Assembly (NCBI GenBank): GCA_964431805.1
Contig: CAYSKV010000005.1
Span: forward strand, 3,435 to 67,434
DNA length: 64,000 bases
Source: an uncultured Gammaproteobacteria bacterium
Lineage (GTDB): Bacteria > Patescibacteriota > Patescibacteriia > Patescibacteriales > GWC2-42-12
Direction: 5' to 3'
The translations under genes and the position numbers were made by a program. How positions within the stretch are numbered: the stretch's first letter is position 1; each line of letters begins with the position of its first letter. A model generated the notes under the pieces. It did not search any database. It worked only from the letters and a program-made list of their open reading frames with translations, and had not been told where the DNA came from. Below are positions 37,182 through 44,827 of this stretch, piece by piece.

Positions 37182-39251
37182 CTATTTCTTACTTTTTATT
37201 TTGGCTAAAACTAGCTTTATTTCATCCCAGCTATAATCTTCGCCCAATATCTCGTGAATTGGCGTTAATTTATCCGTGCCAGCAGTCTTAATCGCGGCTA
37301 TAATTTTTTTCTGCCGCTCTAGCTTTACTAATTTATCAATCTTAACTCCTAAACCTTTTTCTATTAAAAAACATAAATGGCTAATAATCGTATCAATCGT
37401 TAACTCTCGCGCTTCGGCGATTTTTTCTAAACTTAATCCTTTATTCCATAATTCCAAAGTTTCTAGTTGTGTTAACTTAGTTGATAGGCTTGAAGTTTTC
37501 TTTTTGTGTTTTTCTTCAAATTGAACTTTTTCTACTTCGCCCATATCTTTTACTAAACAATTATCGCACTTAGCGCATTTATCGGCTTCGAGCTCGCCGA
37601 AATAATCTAAAATATATTTTTGCCGACAACCAAAATGATAAATATAATTTTCCATTAAATCTAACTTTTTATAAGCATGCTTTAATTTGTGTTTCAAGGC
37701 CGCGAAGTCTAATTTAACTTCATCTCCCTCTACCCGTTTTAAAATTTTTATTTCTGTGCCGCGAAACGGCGGAACATATTCAGCCAATTCCAACTCTTTT
37801 AATTTTTTAATTAAACGCGCCAAAGTATCTTTCTTAACTTTTAAAATATCTGCCATCTCTTCTAAATTAGCATACATACCTTTCTCTAGTTCGTCACCAT
37901 ATTTATTTATTAATTGTTCCAAATTATTGCGCTGGCTTTTACTTTTAAATTTTTGACTTTCAGTTTTCAGCTTTTCACTTTTAACTTTTATATACGCTTG
38001 CCCAACGCGATCATGCGAGCGCGCTATATAACCCTCGCGTTCTAAAACTTTTAAACCAGTACCAACGGCCATTTCTGGAACTTTATCCGATAACATTTCC
38101 GCAATTTCGGAATAAGTAATTAAAATCGTGTCGGTCTCGTAATTCTTTAAAATTTCATACATTTCTAAAATCATTTCTGGTGGCGGATTATCGCCTTTTA
38201 TAAAAAATTCTTGTAAATAACGATCGCGCGGACTGTAAAGTAATAAACAAAAACTTTGTTTGCCATCACGGCCGGCTCGACCGGCTTCTTGGTAGTAAGC
38301 TTCAATCGTGCCCGGCATATCATAATGAATAACAAATCTAATATCGCGCTTATCAATACCTAAGCCAAAAGCATTAGTGGCAACGATAACTTTAGCTTTG
38401 CCTTTCATAAAATTTTCTTGCACCCATTTTCTGTCTTCCGCTTCCATGCCCGCATGATAACTAACAGCTTCAATATTATTGCCCAATAAAACTTGCAACA
38501 ATTCATCGGCGCGCGACCTTGTACCAACATAAATTATGCCGGTTCCGTCAGGCGCGCTAGAAATTGCGTCTAAAACAAATTGCGGTTTACGCGAATCCTG
38601 AGTATTAATCACGCCAAACTGCAAATTCGGTCGCGCGAAACCAGTAATAACTAAACTCGGATTAATTAAACCTAATTGTTTTATAATGTCATCTCTAACT
38701 TCTAGCGTGGCCGTAGCGGTTAAAGCTAAAACTATAGGATTGCCTAAATTTTCAATCGCGCTTTTCATTTTTATATAACTTGGTCTAAAATCGTGACCCC
38801 ATTGACTAATACAATGCGCTTCGTCAACCGCGAATAAACTCACTTTAATTTGTTTTAAAGCAGCTATAAAGTCGGAGCTATAAAATCTTTCTGGCGCGAT
38901 ATAAAGCAACTTGTATTGGCCGGCTTTAACCGCTTCTATCCTATTAGCAGTTTCAGTTTGGCTGATGGAAGAATTTATAAAAGTGGCTGGTATGCCAATT
39001 TTTTGTAAACCATCAACTTGATCTTTCATTAAAGCAATTAAGGGCGAAATTACTAAAGTAACGCCGTCTAAAACTAAGGCTGGTAATTGATAACATAGCG
39101 ATTTGCCGCCGCCAGTCGGCATGATTACTACCGTAGAAATTCCAGCTAAAATATTATCAATTACTTTTTCCTGGCCAGGTCGAAATGCCTTAAAACCATA
39201 ATGAAGTTTAAGCAGTTCTAAAAGTTGTTGTTTTTTGTTATTTTCAGCCAT
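37182..39251 (-). CDS. recQ: ATP-dependent DNA helicase RecQ with C-terminal helix-turn-helix extensions
   Basis: 689 aa. FRPGQ, MPTGGGKSLCYQLPA, DEAHCISQWGHDFRP, zinc-binding C..C..C..C, RQC region. Confidence 0.9.
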   Translation of the reverse strand: MAENNKKQQLLELLKLHYGFKAFRPGQEKVIDNILAGISTVVIMPTGGGKSLCYQLPALVLDGVTLVISPLIALMKDQVDGLQKIGIPATFINSSISQTETANRIEAVKAGQYKLLYIAPERFYSSDFIAALKQIKVSLFAVDEAHCISQWGHDFRPSYIKMKSAIENLGNPIVLALTATATLEVRDDIIKQLGLINPSLVITGFARPNLQFGVINTQDSRKPQFVLDAISSAPDGTGIIYVGTRSRADELLQVLLGNNIEAVSYHAGMEAEDRKWVQENFMKGKAKVIVATNAFGLGIDKRDIRFVIHYDMPGTIEAYYQEAGRAGRDGKQSFCLLLYSPRDRYLQEFFIKGDNPPPEMILEMYEILKNYETDTILITYSEIAEMLSDKVPEMAVGTGLKVLEREGYIARSHDRVGQAYIKVKSEKLKTESQKFKSKSQRNNLEQLINKYGDELEKGMYANLEEMADILKVKKDTLARLIKKLKELELAEYVPPFRGTEIKILKRVEGDEVKLDFAALKHKLKHAYKKLDLMENYIYHFGCRQKYILDYFGELEADKCAKCDNCLVKDMGEVEKVQFEEKHKKKTSSLSTKLTQLETLELWNKGLSLEKIAEARELTIDTIISHLCFLIEKGLGVKIDKLVKLERQKKIIAAIKTAGTDKLTPIHEILGEDYSWDEIKLVLAKIKSKK

Positions 39252-39356
39252 TTGACAATTATTATTTAATAAACTAATTTAAGATTAACACAAGACAAAA
39301 ATTAAGACAAAAAATCTAAAATAAACCGATCTTTTAACAACTTACAAGGAGAGAAT

Positions 39357-40313
39357 ATGAAAAAAACGATTTTAGGAAACACGATTTCTCGGGTAATAAC
39401 TTCATCTATAATGGGACATTCTGGTAGCGGCATGTTTCCATTAACTTTATTTCCTCCATACCAAAGGTTGATGAGAGTTATAAAACAAGCCGAAATTTAT
39501 AATTTAACAAAATCATCAACGGCAGAAAAGAACACTGGCAATTTTATTTTGGGCAATCCTTTTACTTGGAAATATATTCAACAAATAGGCGAAAATGGAT
39601 TGCTAAATGCTTATGGTTTAACCAACCACGGGGTCAGAATAAACTCTAAAGGAGCCGCTTTTGCCTGCAGTTATGGTTTTAAAGTAATTCCTAATTTTTA
39701 CCCGCAATTTGCTAAAGGTAGAGAAATCGCGGCTAAACAAAACAAGCCAATTGAGGCCGGTCTTGATATCACAATTAAAGCAACTGTCCAGGCGATAAAA
39801 AGATATAGCCGGATAATGGAACATTATTTTTGGGCGGTGGAATTAAATTATTCCTGCCCAAATTCTAAAGAAAAAATCCGAGAAAACATAGCCGATGCCC
39901 TGGCTTGTACTAAAGCCGTCAGAAAAGCATTCCCCAATCTTATTATAATCGCCAAAATTAGTTATGTTCATCCGATTGAATTTGTCCAGGAATTAGTTAG
40001 GTTTGGCGCGGACGTTATTCATGCTATTAACACCATCCCTTATGACATGGTATACAAAAATGGCGCCCCCTCCCCCTTGGCTGATGTTGGCGGCGGCGGA
40101 GTTTCTGGCAAACCAATAAGTCGTATGGCCTTTGAATACAACTGCCTACTTAGAAAAAAAACTCACGCTGATATCATTATGGGGGGTGGCATAACTTGTC
40201 TTGATGATGCCAACAGATATTTTAATGAAGCTGGCGCCGACATTATCAGTATCTGCACTATGGCGCGATTAAACCCGAAAGAAGCAGAAAAAATCATCGA
40301 ATTTTACGCCTAA
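39357..40313 (+). CDS. Dihydroorotate-dehydrogenase-like TIM-barrel flavoenzyme (PyrD/DPD family)
   Basis: 318 aa. NAYGLTNHG, NYSCPN, GGGGVSGKPI, GGGI patterns of the DHOD family. Confidence 0.6.
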   Translation: MKKTILGNTISRVITSSIMGHSGSGMFPLTLFPPYQRLMRVIKQAEIYNLTKSSTAEKNTGNFILGNPFTWKYIQQIGENGLLNAYGLTNHGVRINSKGAAFACSYGFKVIPNFYPQFAKGREIAAKQNKPIEAGLDITIKATVQAIKRYSRIMEHYFWAVELNYSCPNSKEKIRENIADALACTKAVRKAFPNLIIIAKISYVHPIEFVQELVRFGADVIHAINTIPYDMVYKNGAPSPLADVGGGGVSGKPISRMAFEYNCLLRKKTHADIIMGGGITCLDDANRYFNEAGADIISICTMARLNPKEAEKIIEFYA

Positions 40314-40373
40314 GCACTAAAGGTAATACAAAACCCGGAAAATAAATTCCGGGTTCTTTTTATTTTAACTATT

Positions 40374-41234
40374 TTATTTCTTTCTCTTTTTGTAAATCTC
40401 TACTGTATTTTTAAACGCCATGGCAATAGTCATAGGTCCGACGCCGCCGGGTACCGGCGCAATATAACCAACCTTATCTTTTACATCTTCAAAATCAACA
40501 TCGCCAACAGTTTTCCCGCTTTGTTTAGAAATGCCTACGTCTATAATCACCGCGTCCTGTTTTATCATGTCTTTTTTTATAAACTTTGGTTTGCCTACGG
40601 CCGTAATTAAAATGTCAGCTTGTCTAGTTGTATCTTTTAACTTTTTGTCATCCGCTTTAACCATTTCTGTTTTAGCGCCCCGGCATTTTAAAACATAGGC
40701 TAAACTTTTTCCGAAAATATCTGAATTAGAAATAATACAAACTTGCTTATTTTCAATTTTATAATTTATATCATTTAACATCTCTAAAACTGTAGCGAAT
40801 ACCGGCGGCATTAAAGCGGAAGAATGGCAATCAGAGAGTAATTTTTCTAAATTGTCAGGATGAAAACCGTCAACATCTTTAGCTGAATCAAGCGCCATAA
40901 TAATTGTATCTGTATCAATTTTGTCAGGTAACGGAAGCTGGATTAAAATCGCATCAATAGTTTCGTCTTCATTTAAACATTTTATCATCTCTAAAACTTC
41001 TTGCTCGCTAATGTTCCCCGCGCATTTATATAGATGCGTATCAATCCCGACTTTTTTGGCTTCGCGCTCTTTTAGACTTACGTACAACTCTGAGTCCGGT
41101 CGTTCACCGATTAAAATAATTGCCAAGTTCGGCCTGGTAATATTATGAATATTTTTATTTAAGCTGAGAATTTCTTTAACGATATCATCTTTCATTTTTT
41201 CAGCTAATTTTTTACCATCAATGATTTTAAACAT
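40374..41234 (-). CDS. folD: Bifunctional methylene-THF dehydrogenase/methenyl-THF cyclohydrolase
   Basis: Trimmed to MFKIIDGKKLAEK (the track start would overlap glyA). YVSLKEREAKKVGI, PVPGGVGPMT. Confidence 0.9.
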   Translation of the reverse strand: MFKIIDGKKLAEKMKDDIVKEILSLNKNIHNITRPNLAIILIGERPDSELYVSLKEREAKKVGIDTHLYKCAGNISEQEVLEMIKCLNEDETIDAILIQLPLPDKIDTDTIIMALDSAKDVDGFHPDNLEKLLSDCHSSALMPPVFATVLEMLNDINYKIENKQVCIISNSDIFGKSLAYVLKCRGAKTEMVKADDKKLKDTTRQADILITAVGKPKFIKKDMIKQDAVIIDVGISKQSGKTVGDVDFEDVKDKVGYIAPVPGGVGPMTIAMAFKNTVEIYKKRKK

Positions 41235-41236
41235 AA

Positions 41237-42484
41237 TTAAATACTCGGTATGGGAAATTCCAAACACATTTTTTTAACTTCTTCTTTAATACTTTCTAAT
41301 ATTTCTATTTCTTCCTTATTTTTAATGGCCGCATTAATCCAAGCAACAATTTTTTTAATTTCTTCTTGTTTCATGCCGCGGGTAGTTATAGCCGCTGTGC
41401 CGAAACGAACGCCCGACGGATTCATCGGCGGGTTTGGGTCATTCGGAATAGTGGAACGGGAAACCGAAATACCGCATCTCTCTAAAATAACTTCAACATC
41501 TTTTCCGCCGATATCTTTACTCGTCATATCAACTACCATTAAATGATTATCCGTGCCGCCGGAAATTACTTTATAGCCTAATTTTATAAATTCTTCGGCC
41601 ATAAGTTTGGCGTTGACGATTACTTGTTTAGCATATTGTTTAAATTCTGGTTTTAAAGCTTCGCCGAATGCCACGGCCTTAGCTGCGTTTATGTGATCGT
41701 GTGGGCCACCTTGCATACCGGGGAAAACCGCTTTATCAATTTGCTTAGCGAATTGTTCTTTACACATTATCATAGCGCCGCGCGGTCCGCGCAAAGTTTT
41801 ATGAGTCGTGGTTGAAACTACATCAAAAATCGGCACCGGATTATTCATTTCTCCGGCTGCAATTAAACCGGCCGTATGCGCTATATCGGCAAAAGTAAAC
41901 GCGCCAACTTCATCCGCAATATCTTTAAATTTTTGCCATTCAATTTCTCGAGAATAAGCGCTATAACCAGCTACAATCATTTTTGGTTTTTCTCTGATTG
42001 CAATTTCTCTAACTTTATCCATATTAATTTTGCCGGTAGCCGGATCAACTTCATATTGGGTAAAATTATATAACATGCCGGAAAAATTTACCGGATGGCC
42101 GTGCGATAAATGCCCGCCATGGTCAAGTTTCAAACCTAAAACTTTATCGCCTGGTTTTAAAAATGCCATATACACAGCCGCGTTAGCCGGCGAACCGGAT
42201 AAAGGCTGGACATTAACATGTTCGGCGGAAAATAATTTTTTCGCCCGTTCTCTAGCAATATTTTCCACTTCATCAATATATTGGTTGCCGCCATAATAAC
42301 GATGACCTGGTGTGCCTTCAGAATATTTATTAGTTAAAACAGTGGCCATAGTTTCTAACACGGCTTTTGATGCATAATTTTCCGAAGCAATTAATTCCAT
42401 TTCTTCTGCTTGCCTAGTCATTTCTCTTTTGACCGCGGCCATAACTTCTTTATCTTGTTCGTTTAAATTTTTATAGCTTAACAT
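41237..42484 (-). CDS. glyA: Serine hydroxymethyltransferase
   Basis: 415 aa. LIASENY, and the PLP site TTTHKTLRGPRG. Confidence 0.95.
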   Translation of the reverse strand: MLSYKNLNEQDKEVMAAVKREMTRQAEEMELIASENYASKAVLETMATVLTNKYSEGTPGHRYYGGNQYIDEVENIARERAKKLFSAEHVNVQPLSGSPANAAVYMAFLKPGDKVLGLKLDHGGHLSHGHPVNFSGMLYNFTQYEVDPATGKINMDKVREIAIREKPKMIVAGYSAYSREIEWQKFKDIADEVGAFTFADIAHTAGLIAAGEMNNPVPIFDVVSTTTHKTLRGPRGAMIMCKEQFAKQIDKAVFPGMQGGPHDHINAAKAVAFGEALKPEFKQYAKQVIVNAKLMAEEFIKLGYKVISGGTDNHLMVVDMTSKDIGGKDVEVILERCGISVSRSTIPNDPNPPMNPSGVRFGTAAITTRGMKQEEIKKIVAWINAAIKNKEEIEILESIKEEVKKMCLEFPIPSI

Positions 42485-42605
42485 ATTTTTAAAAGTTAAA
42501 ATTAATTAATGAAATTATTAAAATTTGGTTGCTTTTTATAACATTTTATTGATTTTAATTTAGTAAACTTGTGTTATAATCTTAATTTAAATATGGTACT
42601 TTGTC

Positions 42606-42638
42606 AAAAAGAAAAAGGCAGGGTTTTTAGGCCCTGCC
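42606..42638 (-). terminator. Intrinsic terminator of the mini-ORF transcript, just upstream of the glyA promoter
   Basis: Minus strand GGCAGGG-cctaaaaa-CCCTGCC followed by TTTTTCTTTTT. Confidence 0.7.
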
Positions 42639-42742
42639 TCGGTTAAAGGTTCTAATTTGTTAACTTTTTAGTTTGGTTTAATTCAACTTTTTACGTCGTT
42701 TAGTTTTTAGTTAACTCTTCCAGTTAATTTTCTAACTGCTCC

Positions 42743-42811
42743 TTATTTAAAGGATCTTAAGATCCGATGCCAAAAAATCTCTCCCCTACCTTTTAGGAAT
42801 ACTTTTGCCAT
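42743..42811 (-). CDS. Candidate 22-aa basic mini-ORF MAKVFLKGRGEIFWHRILRSFK
   Basis: GGAGGtttgaATG. Not in the track (too short). Speculative. Confidence 0.2.
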   Translation of the reverse strand: MAKVFLKGRGEIFWHRILRSFK

Positions 42812-42889
42812 TCAAACCTCCGCCCTAAACTTTGGTTTGTTTGAAGTTAATATTTCTGGTTTCGCGAAGTTTAATGTCTGCTCTGACAG

Positions 42890-42946
42890 CTACGCGAATG
42901 CCATGACCAACCCTACAGACAGCAGAACAAGCCAAAACTTCTTCAT
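42890..42946 (-). CDS. Candidate 18-aa hydrophobic mini-ORF MKKFWLVLLSVGLVMAFA
   Basis: TAGGAGGGataattATG. Signal-peptide-like or type-I-toxin-like composition. Ends at TAG. Confidence 0.3.
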   Translation of the reverse strand: MKKFWLVLLSVGLVMAFA

Positions 42947-43189
42947 AATTATCCCTCCTAAAATATTTTGGCCGGGTTAAGAAACTCTGAAAATAACGAC
43001 AATCGTTAAAATATTATCCTCCTTTCCCTTGTTAGCAATAAAAACTAACTAGGTTAATTATGCTTTAATATTATTATAAAAAGCCTCTTTGGTCAATAAT
43101 TTGTTTGACATGATTTATTTTATATATTAAAGTAAAATGTCGGACAAAATTTAGAAAAACAAAACAATAAAAAATAAGGGGGATTTCTA

Positions 43190-43624
43190 GTGCGTAATAA
43201 AACAAAAATTGCCAAAGAAAATCAAGGTCTTAATCGAGAAGGTATAAAAGCGGTTATTTTGTTTTATCAAACTGCAAAAGAAAGAAGAATCGCGGCATTA
43301 ATGCTGGAGAAAAAAAGAATTGATCATTTACTTGAAGTTACTAAACATACTCAGTTATGGCAACTCTGCAGAAGATACACCAGACGGCAAATGATTGATT
43401 ATAAAGGAAAAATTGAAAAAAAAATTGCGAAACTTATAGCGTTAGCTGATGATTTCGCAAAGTTGGCATCAAGGCTCACAGCCGATGATGTGGAAATAAT
43501 GGAGGAAGAATTTTTGGCAGAATTTGGAAAAATTATCAGCGAAAAACAAACTGTCCAAAAAAACTTATCTCTAAAAAACTATCCTGACGCCGACTTTTTC
43601 GAAAAAAAACTTGCTTCGTGGTAA
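43190..43624 (+). CDS. Hypothetical protein (orphan), GTG start
   Basis: 144 aa. AAGGGGGAtttctaGTG. Promoter-like TTGACA upstream. Followed by the hairpin CCCTCTTC-tttcc-GAAGAGGG-T7. Confidence 0.5.
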   Translation: MRNKTKIAKENQGLNREGIKAVILFYQTAKERRIAALMLEKKRIDHLLEVTKHTQLWQLCRRYTRRQMIDYKGKIEKKIAKLIALADDFAKLASRLTADDVEIMEEEFLAEFGKIISEKQTVQKNLSLKNYPDADFFEKKLASW

Positions 43625-43691
43625 AAATTGTGGAAGCAATATAAACCCTCTTCTTTCCGAAGAGGGATTTTTTTATTATTAAATAATTTTT

Positions 43692-43737
43692 AAAAAAAGT
43701 GAAAGCGGTAGGGCTCGAAAGTCCTACCGCTTTTTTT
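43692..43737. terminator. Bidirectional intrinsic terminator shared by convergent units
   Basis: GCGGTAGGGC-tcgaaa-GTCCTACCGC with T7 downstream and A7 upstream. Confidence 0.7.
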
Positions 43738-43953
43738 ACTTCAGGCTAAAAGCCTATGGTACAGGTGAAGGTTAGGCTTTGGCCGTCTCTGCTGCGAAAA
43801 TGCCGCCGTTGGCTTGACTTTTCAAGGCGACGATCACGTTTTCTCTGCGGGAGCTTTCTTCATTCAATCCTACAACACATGATACCCTCCTTACGGGTTA
43901 TCGCGGTGTTATGGCTTTGAGCCGTTTTTTCTTCGGAATATTTCCGAGGTCCG

Positions 43954-44112
43954 CTATCGCCTGCGAGACGGATTTTCTGTCCGGTGGCAAACGATATTGT
44001 CTGAGTAAAAACTTTGCCTTAACTTAGTCGCCGCCAAGTTGCAATAAAATTTATAAATAATAGTCGGCGCTAAAAGCAAAATTAATACAACACCACATAC
44101 ATCTGGATTCAA
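43954..44112 (-). CDS. Candidate 52-aa membrane peptide (TTG start) inside a GC-enriched structured transcript
   Basis: GGAGGGtaaggggaTTG. (M)NPDVCGVVLILLLAPTIIYKFYCNLAATKLRQSFYSDNIVCHRTENPSRRR: one TM, 3 Cys, basic tail. Promoter TTGACA(44206-44201)-17-TAGTAT(44183-44178). Confidence 0.35.
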   Translation of the reverse strand: MNPDVCGVVLILLLAPTIIYKFYCNLAATKLRQSFYSDNIVCHRTENPSRRR

Positions 44113-44210
44113 TCCCCTTACCCTCCTTTCATTAAAATAGAAAACAAAAAGAGCCAATATTTAAAAACACTTTCTACATACTATTAAAAATTTTTTAACT
44201 TGTCAATAGT

Positions 44211-44798
44211 TTATCTTAATTTTTTATAAGTCATTTTCTTTAAACCTTTCCACCAATCTGTAAATTCAAGTTTTGTCATCTCTTTAAAAATTAATTTGGC
44301 TGATTTTGTTTCTATGGCTTTACCAACATTATCAATCCAACCTTGGGCAGATTTATAGCCTAAATCAACATATTCTTTGGCTTGAAAAGCCTGCTCTAGC
44401 CAATCAGCGTCTTTAGCAATTATACCTTCTTTAGTATTTCTGTTTTCAAATTCATCAAAATATTTCTTCCATTTTTCGCCAACTTTAGCTAATTTTTCCA
44501 CCTGGTCATTAAAAGCATGGGATTCCGCTTCTTCGCTATTAAAATATCTGGCTGCAACTTTATGGTGATCACCAATTCTAATTTCGCCATTATCATGAAC
44601 TAAAATCATAGCCGCAACTTTCTCCGGATTTTTTATGCCTTCCATCACGGCTAAAATATAACTGATTTGCGCTGCCCGCATTACATGCTCGGCTACGCTA
44701 TCCGGATCTTTTATGCCGCATAACTTAAAGCCGTTATGCTTAATACGTTTTAATTGATTTATTTCAAAAATGAAATTTGCCGCATTTTTGGGATTCAT
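44211..44798 (-). CDS. HD-domain hydrolase (YfbR-like 5'-deoxynucleotidase family)
   Basis: 195 aa. SVAEHVMR (H), VHDNGEIRIGD (HD), DADWLEQ (D). Confidence 0.75.
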   Translation of the reverse strand: MNPKNAANFIFEINQLKRIKHNGFKLCGIKDPDSVAEHVMRAAQISYILAVMEGIKNPEKVAAMILVHDNGEIRIGDHHKVAARYFNSEEAESHAFNDQVEKLAKVGEKWKKYFDEFENRNTKEGIIAKDADWLEQAFQAKEYVDLGYKSAQGWIDNVGKAIETKSAKLIFKEMTKLEFTDWWKGLKKMTYKKLR

Positions 44799-44827
44799 AT
44801 TTTTTATTTATAAATTTATGTAAACAA

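Noticed and set aside
42890-42946. The idea that the TAG after MKKFWLVLLSVGLVMAFA is read through (alternative genetic code or Pyl), giving a secreted peptide
   Set aside because: All well-supported genes in the window terminate normally with TAA/TAG/TGA under the standard code. The downstream frame stops again after 25 codons. There is no evidence for recoding.
43692-44206. The same test (RNase P / tmRNA / 6S) for the GC-rich minus-strand unit. CGAAAGUCC and ACAGAAAAUCCG strings caught my eye.
   Set aside because: The strings are isolated. One is just the loop of the terminator. Their order and spacing do not fit RNase P, and there is no tRNA-like end. The region is left as unknown structured RNA/mini-ORF.
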